Assembly: GCF_007474605.1 (NCBI RefSeq)
Contig: NZ_VHKL01000003.1
Location: forward strand, 75,156 to 99,155
DNA length: 24,000 nucleotides
Reading direction: 5' to 3'
From: Rhodoligotrophos appendicifer
GTDB lineage: Bacteria; Pseudomonadota; Alphaproteobacteria; Rhizobiales; Im1
The position numbers and the translations under genes are program-made. Under the pieces are notes generated by a model, which ran no database searches, was not told where the DNA came from, and saw only the letters and a list, made by a program, of their open reading frames with translations. Below are positions 1 through 7,478 of this stretch, piece by piece. Each line of letters begins with the position of its first letter. Position 1 is the first letter of the stretch.

Positions 1-187
1 CGGCAAAGATGCCGAAGGCCGAGATCAGCTGCGCCACCGGATCTTCACTCGGGAAGAAATGCCTCCCGATCGCGGCTGCGAAATAGCCATAGATGGCGAA
101 ATCATACCATTCGAGAATATTGCCGACCATGCCTGCGGCAACGACCTTGCGCCGACTGACGCGCTCGCTGAGTGAGACTGAAACCAT
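1..187 (-). CDS. MFS transporter, metabolite:H+ symporter (MHS/ProP-like) family, N-terminal fragment; the gene runs off the left edge
   Basis: Absent from the ORF track because it is truncated by the window edge. The reverse complement of 1-187 reads MVSVSLSERVSRRKVVAAGMVGNILEWYDFAIYGYFAAAIGRHFFPSEDPVAQLISAFGIFA. The GNxLEWYDFxxYG block is typical of MHS-family MFS N-termini. ATG is at 185-187. Confidence 0.7.
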   Translation of the reverse strand, partial: MVSVSLSERVSRRKVVAAGMVGNILEWYDFAIYGYFAAAIGRHFFPSEDPVAQLISAFGIFA

Positions 188-328
188 CCCCTGCCCCCGT
201 CCAAATCTCTATGCCGCTTATATAAATTCTCTGGGCGTCGGCAAGACGCGACTGCGCGTGGATCGGTGCAATCCGATGTTGCCGTTAAAAAATTCCGTAT
301 GGCGGCAAGGTGGCAAACCGGGTGACAC

Positions 329-357
329 AAAAAGTTACGGCGGCCGTAGGCCGCCGT
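329..357 (-). terminator. Rho-independent terminator downstream of the DUF3008 gene
   Basis: Perfect 9-bp GC-rich stem ACGGCGGCC (337-345) / GGCCGCCGT (349-357) with a 3-nt loop. On the minus strand it is followed by AACTTTTT (the A-run at 329-333 on the plus strand). It lies 22 nt after the TAA stop at 379-381. Confidence 0.65.
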
Positions 358-378
358 TCAGGTTACACGTGACCCCGT

Positions 379-567
379 TTACGATTTCGAAGCGTTCTCG
401 GGCTTTCCCTTGCGCTTCGTCGCGGCAAGATCGTGCAGCTGCTTCTCGCTCATGGATTTCTCCATCGACTTCGAGGCACCTTTCAATTCGCCCTTTTTGA
501 TGTCGCCGCGCTTTGCAGCGAGAGCGGCACCGGCGGCTTTCTGCTGAGACTTGGATTTTGCAGGCAT
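379..567 (-). CDS. DUF3008-family small basic protein (62 aa)
   Basis: Inner part of ORF 379..741. The sequence MPAKSKSQQKAAGAALAAKRGDIKKGELKGASKSMEKSMSEKQLHDLAATKRKGKPENASKS matches the conserved MPAKSKxQQKAAGAALAAKRG start of DUF3008 proteins. ATG is at 565-567 with GAGG 6 nt upstream. The 58-codon upstream extension has no protein-like character. Confidence 0.75.
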   Translation of the reverse strand: MPAKSKSQQKAAGAALAAKRGDIKKGELKGASKSMEKSMSEKQLHDLAATKRKGKPENASKS

Positions 568-609
568 GACAACCTCATGGGTTAAGGAGGAGATCTCCTT
601 CTGCTGAGA

Positions 610-635
610 AACACCCACAATGGGCCGACTGTTCC
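610..635 (-). promoter_or_regulatory. Candidate EcfG/general-stress-response type promoter (GGAAC-N17-TGTT) for the DUF3008 gene
   Basis: On the minus strand GGAAC (631-635) is followed by 17 nt and then TGTT (610-613). The published alphaproteobacterial EcfG/RpoE2/SigT motif is GGAAC-N16-17-CGTT. It lies about 45 nt upstream of the ATG at 567. Confidence 0.3.
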
Positions 636-644
636 CTGATTTTA

Positions 645-668
645 GGAACTGAGCATTACCCTTCCGTT
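645..668 (+). promoter_or_regulatory. Candidate EcfG-type promoter (GGAAC-N15-CGTTTT) for the secreted-protein pair
   Basis: GGAAC at 645-649 and CGTT at 665-668. The spacer is 1 nt shorter than consensus, but the trailing TTTT still fits the looser GGAAC-N18-19-TT form. It is back-to-back with the minus-strand GGAAC box 9 bp away and about 70 nt upstream of the ATG at 741. Confidence 0.3.
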
Positions 669-740
669 TTGATATACAGAACGACACATTTCGCGGTGGA
701 CGCGCTCTGCCATGCGGAGTCATGAGAGGGAACGGACACA

Positions 741-980
741 ATGAAGATGATCCTCGGCACCGTATCGCTCGCTCTGCTGCTGACGAGCCTTTCTGCGTCG
801 GCGCAGTTGATGGAGGATGAGCGGGTAGCCATAGAAGGCGCTTGTGGCGAGGCCATAATGCGCTATTGCCCGCGCGTGGACAGAGACGATTTCAGCGCCA
901 TTTGGTCCTGTCTGTCGCCGCATTTCATGCAGATCAGCCCCTATTGCAAGGGCGTGCTTCAGAACGTCCAGGACTATTAG
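741..980 (+). CDS. Small secreted cysteine-rich-repeat protein (79 aa)
   Basis: ORF track. N-terminal signal peptide MKMILGTVSLALLLTSLSASA-Q. One copy of the rhizobial cysteine-rich repeat pattern C-x5-C-x14-C-x11-C (ACGEAIMRYCPRVDRDDFSAIWSCLSPHFMQISPYCKGVL). The SD is weak. Confidence 0.6.
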   Translation: MKMILGTVSLALLLTSLSASAQLMEDERVAIEGACGEAIMRYCPRVDRDDFSAIWSCLSPHFMQISPYCKGVLQNVQDY

Positions 981-990
981 GACGTTCCCC

Positions 991-1410
991 ATGACACCTC
1001 GCCCTGTCAGACTCGCCTTGATTGCCGTGCTTCCCCTTCTGGCAGCACCGGCCTCAGCGCAATGGAGCCCTCCCAGCCTCTGCGACGCTCGGTCTGACAA
1101 ATTTGCTGCCGAAACCTGTCTCCAAGAGGCCCTGGCCAAAGCTCGACAGGCGCTTCAGCTGTCATACGCGAAAGCGCGATCTGTCATCGCCACCGACGCA
1201 GAGACCTCACCCGACCAGAAGGCGAAGTGGGAGCAGGACCTTACCGCTTCGCAACGGGCCTGGGAGGCCTATCGCGACGCGGATTGCGGCGATCTGATCC
1301 TGGACGAGTGGCACAGCGGCAGTGGCGCCACGTACGCCCAAATGTCTTGCGTCGTCTCCAAGACCCAGAGCCGTGCCGCGGAACTGTCGTCCCGCTACGC
1401 GTCTCAGTGA
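991..1410 (+). CDS. Lysozyme inhibitor LprI-like / DUF1311 family periplasmic protein
   Basis: ORF track. Signal peptide ending PASA-Q. Conserved DUF1311 core Q(R)AWEAYRDADC plus flanking Cys residues. It starts 10 nt after the previous stop, so it is probably co-transcribed with 741..980. Confidence 0.8.
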   Translation: MTPRPVRLALIAVLPLLAAPASAQWSPPSLCDARSDKFAAETCLQEALAKARQALQLSYAKARSVIATDAETSPDQKAKWEQDLTASQRAWEAYRDADCGDLILDEWHSGSGATYAQMSCVVSKTQSRAAELSSRYASQ

Positions 1411-1432
1411 GCGCGTCGCGACTGTGGCAGCA

Positions 1433-2872
1433 TCACTCCCGCACGACCGCCAGGACGTCGGCCGTGTCGTGGGGCAGCGAGGCGAGCTCTCCGAGCGTAA
1501 TCGGCTTGACCGGCGGCCTGAGGCGATAATAGCCGACATCCTGCGGCGAGACCTGTCGCTCTCGGGCGATCATCTCGGTCACGGTCAATCCGCACAGCCG
1601 GCCCTGGCAGGGGCCCATTCCACAGCGCAGCATGGTCTTGAGCTGGTTTGGCCCGGCATCTCCCAGCGGTCCCAGGGCTGTCTTGATCTGGCTTGCAGTG
1701 ACGGATTCGCAGCGGCAGACGATCGTCTCCCCCTCTGCCACCCTGAACTCATCCGGCGCCTTGAACGCAGTATCGAGAAAGCGGCGGCCGCGCCCATAGC
1801 GCCGTATGGTCTGCTGCCATGGCTCGGCTCGCCGTTGCCGTTCCTCCACCGTCATCACTCCAAGCAGATGGGCCGCATCCAGACCGCACAAATGTCCGCG
1901 TGCTGCTGCGATCTCTGCCCCCATGATCCCGGCGCCATCCCCCGCCAATGCGACCCCTTCCAGGCTGCTGCGGCCCCATTCATCCGCCACTGGCACGAAG
2001 CAGGCTTGCGAGCTGTCCCATTGCAGACTGCAGCCTGCAGCCCGCGCCAGATTGATATTTGGCACCACCCCCTGATGCAGAAACAGCCCCTGAGCCGGGA
2101 GGGTCTCCCAAGCTCGGGTCCCGCGACGGAACCGCAAGCGGCTGAGCCATGTTTCGCCCTCCGCCGCCAAAGCCGTGACGCCGGAGATCACGCGAATGGA
2201 AGCGGCAACCTGGCGCATGAGGCCGAGCCCCTTGGCCAGATAGGGCGAGGTGAGGAAGGCCGGGAGATCTGTGGCCGCAGCCAGCAGCTGTTTGCGGCTG
2301 CTCGTCTCCAAAATGGCCGTGGGCCGTGCACCGGCGCTCAACAGTTGGCTGGCGAGAAGCCAGAGCAGAGGTCCCGTTCCCGCCAGGACGAAGGGCGCTT
2401 CCGGCACCATCCCGGACGCCTTCAACAGACCTTGCGCGGCCCCCGCGGTCATCACCCCCGGTAAGGTCCATCCTGGAATCGGCATCGGCCGCTCCAGCGC
2501 CCCCGTCGCGATGATGATCCTCCGCGCCGCAACGATCCGGGCAGCACCCTCCCTGGAGATGCCAAGTTTAAGTTCCGGGGAGGCCATCCACACCGTCGTG
2601 CCCGGCATGTAGTCGGCACCAGCAGCGGCGAAGGCATCCACAAGTGCCCGCCCCTTCGCGTAATCTGCGCCGAGGATTTCAAGCCGGCTTGCCGGCACGG
2701 TCGAAATTCCCCGATAGATCTGACCGCCCAGGGCATCGTTTTCGTCGATCAGGACGACTGACAGCCCGCTCTCTGCGGCAGTCGTCGCGGCGGCGAGTCC
2801 GCCCGGACCGCCTCCGATGATAGCGACGTCACAGGTCTCAGCCAGATCGTCGACGGAGGAGAGGATCCTCAT
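1433..2872 (-). CDS. NAD(P)/FAD-dependent oxidoreductase, HcnB / opine oxidase subunit A-like, with BFD-like [2Fe-2S] domain
   Basis: 479-aa ORF. Dinucleotide fold DVAIIGGGPGGLAAA near the N-terminus. C-terminal Cys motif CRCESVTASQI...RCGMGPCQGRLC, typical of BFD-like 2Fe-2S domains in HcnB/OoxA/SoxA-type subunits. ATGA start/stop overlap with the upstream small Fe-S gene at 2869-2872. Confidence 0.85.
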   Translation of the reverse strand: MRILSSVDDLAETCDVAIIGGGPGGLAAATTAAESGLSVVLIDENDALGGQIYRGISTVPASRLEILGADYAKGRALVDAFAAAGADYMPGTTVWMASPELKLGISREGAARIVAARRIIIATGALERPMPIPGWTLPGVMTAGAAQGLLKASGMVPEAPFVLAGTGPLLWLLASQLLSAGARPTAILETSSRKQLLAAATDLPAFLTSPYLAKGLGLMRQVAASIRVISGVTALAAEGETWLSRLRFRRGTRAWETLPAQGLFLHQGVVPNINLARAAGCSLQWDSSQACFVPVADEWGRSSLEGVALAGDGAGIMGAEIAAARGHLCGLDAAHLLGVMTVEERQRRAEPWQQTIRRYGRGRRFLDTAFKAPDEFRVAEGETIVCRCESVTASQIKTALGPLGDAGPNQLKTMLRCGMGPCQGRLCGLTVTEMIARERQVSPQDVGYYRLRPPVKPITLGELASLPHDTADVLAVVRE

Positions 2873-3168
2873 TCGGGACGCTCGTGGCCGGGGAAGTCGG
2901 TCTCGACCCTCATCCCCTCAGCAATGGTGACCAGGCAGCCTTGCTGCTGCCGGCGTCCATCCACGCTGACCAGGCACTCAAAGCAGGCCCCCATCATACA
3001 ATAGGGAGATCGCGGCGCTCCCGAGACCGGATTGACGCGATAGGCGGTGTTGGCCTTGGTCGTAAACAGCACCGCCGCGACGCTGTCCCCTGCCCGTCCC
3101 TCGACGGCAAGACCGTCGACGAACAGACCCACCGGCTGTGCAGTCTCGTCCCTGAGCCGCCTGAACAT
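2869..3168 (-). CDS. (2Fe-2S)-binding protein, HcnA / opine-oxidase small-subunit-like (99 aa)
   Basis: Inner part of ORF 2869..3249, starting at MFRRLRDE (ATG 3166-3168, G-rich SD GGGGGGTG upstream). Contains the PYCMMGACFECLVSVDG cysteine cluster characteristic of this family. Confidence 0.75.
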   Translation of the reverse strand: MFRRLRDETAQPVGLFVDGLAVEGRAGDSVAAVLFTTKANTAYRVNPVSGAPRSPYCMMGACFECLVSVDGRRQQQGCLVTIAEGMRVETDFPGHERPE

Positions 3169-3364
3169 GATCACCCCCCACCCGAAGCCGCGGGCACAAG
3201 CATATCCGCTACCAGGCAGGCGCTGTCGAGAGCCTTCCCGTGATGTCATTCAAAACGATGTCGCAGAACAGGAGGACGTCCGAAAATTCCGGCAGGGCGC
3301 CCGCGGTCCCATGGCTGACCTGCCATCAAAGGGATTGCCAAGCAGTCATCGTGCCGCTTCTAAA

Positions 3365-3442
3365 TGGTCGGAGCGAGAGGATTTGAACCTCCGACCCCTA
3401 GTCCCCCAGACTAGTGCGCTAACCGGGCTGCGCCACGCTCCG
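3365..3442 (-). tRNA. tRNA-Pro (anticodon GGG)
   Basis: The reverse complement folds as a canonical cloverleaf. Acceptor CGGAGCG/CGCTCCG (7 bp), D stem GCGC/GCGC, anticodon stem CTAGT/ACTAG with loop CTGGGGG (anticodon GGG), T stem GGAGG/CCTCT with loop TTCAAAT, discriminator A, encoded CCA. Confidence 0.92.
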
Positions 3443-3461
3443 ACAATCAGAAGTGGCCGAG

Positions 3462-3490
3462 TATCTAGCGTTTCGATGCGCCCTGGGCAA
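3462..3490 (-). promoter_or_regulatory. Candidate sigma70-type promoter for tRNA-Pro
   Basis: Minus strand reads TTGCCC (3485-3490), 17 nt, then TAGATA (3462-3467), ending 19 nt upstream of the mature tRNA 5' end. Confidence 0.35.
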
Positions 3491-3950
3491 TCCCCTAAAT
3501 CGCAGCGACGGAACATAACGGCGCCAGTCGACAGAGATTGGAACGCTGAGTCCCGTGAATGTCCATGGGCAGGTTCACCCCCGTCCTCACGGGGATGCGG
3601 CATGAGCGGGCTTAGTGACTACGCACGAGTGGCGGCCGGATCGATGTTCGGAATGATGCAGCCCTGACAAGTCGAACTAGTGTTTCATACACGGATTGGC
3701 GCGGCCGAGCCCGCTGCTTCCATCCAACGATTGGCACAAATACAACTTTGAGGGCCATAATTTTCATCCTTCCCTCCGCGTTCCAGCCCGCGGCGGCTCC
3801 ATGTCGGGTGGTAAGGAAGCGGGTGCCCGGCTTGCGATCCTGTCCCATCCAGGGGCTTATCCCGCCTTGGTGGTGATGAGCCTGTGTGCAACACGCGGCC
3901 GGCAGATCGCCGGTGACCTACTGCCCCAGCACGTTTTCCGGCGATTAGCT

Positions 3951-5843
3951 TTACCGGCAGTCGGCCGACTCCGTTGCTGCGAGACGTGTGATGCACAGCA
4001 ACTGAGTACCTTCGCCGACCTGATCTCCGAGCTTGAGGTGCAGATCGCCTACCATGCCGTCGAATGGCGCAAGCAACCTATGTTCCATTTTCATCGCTTC
4101 GACCGTCAACAAAGCCTGCCCTTTTACAACCATCTCACCGTTGGCAACCGCGAGCGCCACGATCCTGCCCGGCATGGGCGTCAGAATTGCGCCATCGGCG
4201 GCTTCGCGAGCGACGGCACCACTATTGACGGTAATGTCGGAAAAAGCCCAAGCGTCGCCATCGGCAAAGACGACATCCTGACCGAAAATGTACCGTGTCT
4301 GGCACGTTGCTGGCTGCTGTGCCGCGAGATCCAAAAAATGCGCCCTGCCCTCAATCTCAAGCGCCACCGTCATGACGGGCGGACCATTGAGCCGGAAGCC
4401 GCGCAATGCCTCCCAGGGCGCGGCCCCGCTGCCGACCAGCACCTGGGCAGCCGAGTGCAAGACTGCGGTTCCCGCCTCGCCGGGCGGCACTAGGGCCTCC
4501 TGGTGCCGCGCGATGAAGCCTGTATCGATTCGGCCGAAGAGAAACTCGGGATGGTCCAGGGCCCGGGCCAGGAACGCAGCATTGGTTTTCACCGGCCACA
4601 CTTCGACACTTCGGCACGCCCTTGCCAAGCGCTTGGCCGCCGCCCGACGACTGCCCGAGTGCACGATGAGCTTGGCGATCATCGGATCGTAGTGCGGTGT
4701 AACCTCGTCGCCCTCTTCAACCCCAGAGTCTACGCGTATGTCCTGCGGCAGTCGTAGATGCGTCAGCGGCCCAATAGAGGGCAGGAAACCCGAACGTGGA
4801 TTTTCGGCATAGAGACGCGCCTCTACCGCATGCCCGGAAATGCTCAGCGCATCCTGCGTCAGTGGCAGGGGCTCGCCTGCTGCCACGCGCAATTGCCACT
4901 CGACCAGGTCCTGCCCCGTAATTGCCTCGGTCACCGGATGCTCGACCTGCAGCCGCGTATTCATCTCCATGAACCAGATCCGGTCCGAACGCAGGCCCTC
5001 AGAGGCATCAGCGATGAACTCGATGGTACCCGCGCCAACATAATTGACCGATCGTGCGGCTTTGACCGCCGCCTCACAGATCACTGCGCGCGTGGTGGCA
5101 TCCATCCCAGGCGCTGGTGCCTCTTCGATCACTTTCTGGTGGCGTCGCTGCAGCGAGCAATCCCGTTCGAACAGATGAACGATCCTGCCATGGGTATCGC
5201 CGAAAACCTGCACTTCGATGTGGCGTGGATTGACAATGTACTTCTCCAGCAGCACCCGGTCGTCTCCGAAGCTCGCGGCCGCTTCTCGGCGGCAGGAGGC
5301 CAGCGCCTCAGCGAAGTCGGCATGAGCGTCCACTCGGCGCATCCCCTTGCCGCCCCCGCCAGCGACGGCCTTGATCAGCACCGGATAGCCAATTCCATCG
5401 GCCTCCACCTGCAGGCGTTCCGGCGACTGGTCCTCGCCCAGATAGCCTGGCGTCACCGGCACGCCTGCCGTCATCATCAGGGCCTTGGCGGCATCTTTGA
5501 GCCCCATGGCGCGGATCGCCGCCGGCGGCGCACCGACCCACACGAGGCCGGCGTCCAGCACCAGTTGGGCGAATTCGGCATTCTCCGAGAGGAAGCCGTA
5601 GCCCGGATGGATCGCGTCGGCCCCAGTTTTGCGGGCGACCGCCAGGATTTTCTCGGGCACCAGATAGCTCTCTTGGGCCGGCGCTGGTCCGATCGCCACC
5701 GCAATGTCGGCTTCGCGCACGAAGGGCATGCCCGCATCGGCTTCGGAATGAACAGCAATGGTGCGCAGCCCCATGGTGCTGGCAGTGCGCTCAATTCGCC
5801 GGGCGATCTCGCCGCGATTTGCGATCAGCAGGGAAGAGATCAT
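3951..5843 (-). CDS. Biotin-dependent acyl-CoA carboxylase alpha subunit (biotin carboxylase + BCCP), methylcrotonyl-CoA/geranyl-CoA carboxylase type
   Basis: Inner part of ORF 3951..5972, starting MISSLLIANRGEIARR (ATG 5841-5843, 11 nt after the beta-subunit stop). ATP-grasp glycine loop GGGGKGMR. C-terminal biotinyl domain with the EAMKME attachment motif. 630 aa, as expected for MCC/GCC alpha. Confidence 0.9.
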   Translation of the reverse strand: MISSLLIANRGEIARRIERTASTMGLRTIAVHSEADAGMPFVREADIAVAIGPAPAQESYLVPEKILAVARKTGADAIHPGYGFLSENAEFAQLVLDAGLVWVGAPPAAIRAMGLKDAAKALMMTAGVPVTPGYLGEDQSPERLQVEADGIGYPVLIKAVAGGGGKGMRRVDAHADFAEALASCRREAAASFGDDRVLLEKYIVNPRHIEVQVFGDTHGRIVHLFERDCSLQRRHQKVIEEAPAPGMDATTRAVICEAAVKAARSVNYVGAGTIEFIADASEGLRSDRIWFMEMNTRLQVEHPVTEAITGQDLVEWQLRVAAGEPLPLTQDALSISGHAVEARLYAENPRSGFLPSIGPLTHLRLPQDIRVDSGVEEGDEVTPHYDPMIAKLIVHSGSRRAAAKRLARACRSVEVWPVKTNAAFLARALDHPEFLFGRIDTGFIARHQEALVPPGEAGTAVLHSAAQVLVGSGAAPWEALRGFRLNGPPVMTVALEIEGRAHFLDLAAQQPATCQTRYIFGQDVVFADGDAWAFSDITVNSGAVAREAADGAILTPMPGRIVALAVANGEMVVKGQALLTVEAMKMEHRLLAPFDGMVGDLHLKLGDQVGEGTQLLCITRLAATESADCR

Positions 5844-5854
5844 AGATCGCGCCC

Positions 5855-7450
5855 TCACATGCGGAACAGGCCGAAGCGCGGACGCTCGGCGATCGGGGCG
5901 TTCAGACTCGCGGAGATCGCAAGGCCGAGGACGTCGCGGGTTTGCAGTGGATCGATGATCCCGTCGTCCCAAAGCCTTGCAGTCGCGTAATAGGGATTTC
6001 CCTCGTCCTCATATTTCTGCCGGATTGGTGCCTTGAAGGCCTCCGCCTCTTCCGGCGTCCAGCGATCTGCGTCGCGATGCACGGTTGCCAGGACCGAAGC
6101 GGCCTGCTCGCCACCCATCACGCTGATGCGGCTGTTGGGCCAGGTGAAGAGGAACCTCGGTTCGTAGGCCCGGCCGCACATGCCGTAATTTCCGGCGCCG
6201 AAGCTGCCGCCGATCAACACCGTGAATTTCGGTACGCTCGCGGTGGCGACCGCGGTCACGAGCTTCGCACCGTTCTTGGCGATCCCTTCTGCCTCGTAGC
6301 GCCCCCCCACCATGAAGCCTGAAATGTTCTGCAGGAACACAAGAGGAGTGCGGCGCTGACAGGCGAGTTGGATGAAATGAGCGCCCTTCAGAGCACTTTC
6401 AGAGAACAGTACGCCATTATTGGCCAGGATCCCGACCGGCATGCCCCAGAGATGCGCGAAGCCGCACACCAAGGTCGTGCCATAAAGCGACTTGAACTCC
6501 TGAAACATGGAGCCGTCGACGATCCGGCCGATGACTTCGCGGACATCGTACTGGGTCCGCATGTCCGCCGGAACGATGCCGTAGAGATCCTGCGGATCGA
6601 GCTTAGGCGGCTGTGGCTCCGCCAGCTTGATGTCCACGGCCTTCACCTTTGTCAGCCCGGCAACGATCTCCCGGACGATGAGCAGTGCATGCTCATCGTT
6701 TTCCGCCACATGGTCCACGACGCCGGACCGACGGCCATGAATTTCCGCTCCACCGAGGTCTTCCGCTGAGATAATCTCCCCCGTCGCTGCTTTCACCAGC
6801 GGCGGCCCAGCGAGGAAGATGGTGCCCTGATTGCGGACGATGACCGTCTCGTCTGACATCGCAGGAACATATGCGCCGCCTGCGGTGGAGCTTCCCATCA
6901 CGCAGGCGATCTGGGGAATGCCGTCGGCGGACATATTGGCTTGGTTGAAGAAGATGCGACCGAAGTGATCCTGATCGGGGAACACCTCCGCCTGATGCGG
7001 AAGGTTCGCGCCGCCGGAATCCACCAGATAGACGCAAGGAAGGCGGTTGACCCGGGCGATCTCCTGCGCGCGCAGATGCTTCTTGACCGTCATCGGAAAA
7101 TAGGCACCGCCTTTGACCGTCGGATCGTTGCAGACGATCATCACCTCATGCCCCGACACCCGACCGATCCCGGTGATGATGCCCGCCGCGGGCGCCTCTC
7201 CGCCATAGAGATCCCAACCGGCCAGCGCGCCAACTTCGAGGAAGGGCGCGCCAGGGTCGAGAAGGCGCAGGATCCGGTCTCGCGGCAGCAGCTTGCCCCG
7301 TGACACGTGGCGATCCCGCGAGGCCTGCGAACCTCCCAGCGAGATGCGGGCGGTTCGTTCTGACAGTTCCGCGGTCAGTTGGCGGTGATGCGCCGCATTT
7401 GCCTGGAAGTCGGGTGAAGACCGACTGATGGTGGAGAGGATTTCGGTCAT
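5855..7450 (-). CDS. Acyl-CoA carboxylase carboxyltransferase (beta) subunit, methylcrotonyl-CoA/geranyl-CoA carboxylase type
   Basis: Inner part of ORF 5855..7531, starting [20 protein letters not shown], which parallels known MCC-beta N-termini. Long conserved blocks include [58 protein letters not shown] and [17 protein letters not shown]. 531 aa. Confidence 0.9.
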   Translation of the reverse strand: MTEILSTISRSSPDFQANAAHHRQLTAELSERTARISLGGSQASRDRHVSRGKLLPRDRILRLLDPGAPFLEVGALAGWDLYGGEAPAAGIITGIGRVSGHEVMIVCNDPTVKGGAYFPMTVKKHLRAQEIARVNRLPCVYLVDSGGANLPHQAEVFPDQDHFGRIFFNQANMSADGIPQIACVMGSSTAGGAYVPAMSDETVIVRNQGTIFLAGPPLVKAATGEIISAEDLGGAEIHGRRSGVVDHVAENDEHALLIVREIVAGLTKVKAVDIKLAEPQPPKLDPQDLYGIVPADMRTQYDVREVIGRIVDGSMFQEFKSLYGTTLVCGFAHLWGMPVGILANNGVLFSESALKGAHFIQLACQRRTPLVFLQNISGFMVGGRYEAEGIAKNGAKLVTAVATASVPKFTVLIGGSFGAGNYGMCGRAYEPRFLFTWPNSRISVMGGEQAASVLATVHRDADRWTPEEAEAFKAPIRQKYEDEGNPYYATARLWDDGIIDPLQTRDVLGLAISASLNAPIAERPRFGLFRM

Positions 7451-7478
7451 GATATCTGTGGTGGTCCGGGGAAGGCGT

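Noticed and set aside
25-500. ORFs 25..330 (-) and 93..500 (+).
   Set aside because: They overlap the motif-supported MFS N-terminus, the terminator hairpin and the DUF3008 gene. Their sequences are not protein-like.
1411-1432. GTCGCGAC palindrome in the 22-nt convergent gap as a bidirectional terminator. The 11-nt convergent gap at 22240-22250 was considered in the same way.
   Set aside because: The stems are too short, there are no flanking T or A runs, and the gaps are too small to hold a canonical intrinsic terminator.
1322-2464. Long plus-strand ORF (380 aa) antisense to the HcnB-like gene. Similar antisense ORFs occur at 4758..5990 (410 aa), 7428..8297 (289 aa), 10239..11156 (305 aa), 14199..14867 (222 aa) and 3696..4493 (265 aa).
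   Set aside because: These are typical high-GC shadow ORFs. Their translations are Arg/Pro/Gly/Ala-rich and low in complexity, with no recognisable motifs. The opposite strand carries strongly motif-supported genes.
3300-3500. tRNA-Pro as a genomic-island integration site.
   Set aside because: There is no integrase, recombinase or other mobile-element gene in the window. I saw no direct repeat of the tRNA 3' half elsewhere in the 24 kb. Composition on both sides is similar.
3443-3950. Possible tmRNA, SRP (4.5S) RNA, RNase P RNA or a known riboswitch in the long gap.
   Set aside because: I could not find the diagnostic elements by eye. There is no T-arm with a CCA-ending acceptor, no ANDN-type tag frame, no GGAA-tetraloop SRP domain IV consensus, no GGAAAGTCCGG RNase P block, and no B12, TPP or FMN core. 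An Infernal scan is still needed.
5844-5972. N-terminal extensions proposed by the ORF track for several genes: 5844-5972, 7451-7531, 17014-17091, 21249-21329, 23736-23771, 3169-3249, 568-741 and 9494-9538.
   Set aside because: The extensions are Arg/Pro-rich, overlap upstream genes or operators, and lack an SD. The internal ATGs have SD sequences and give N-termini matching the conserved family starts (for example LLIANRGEIA, MKFGLFG, or a signal peptide).
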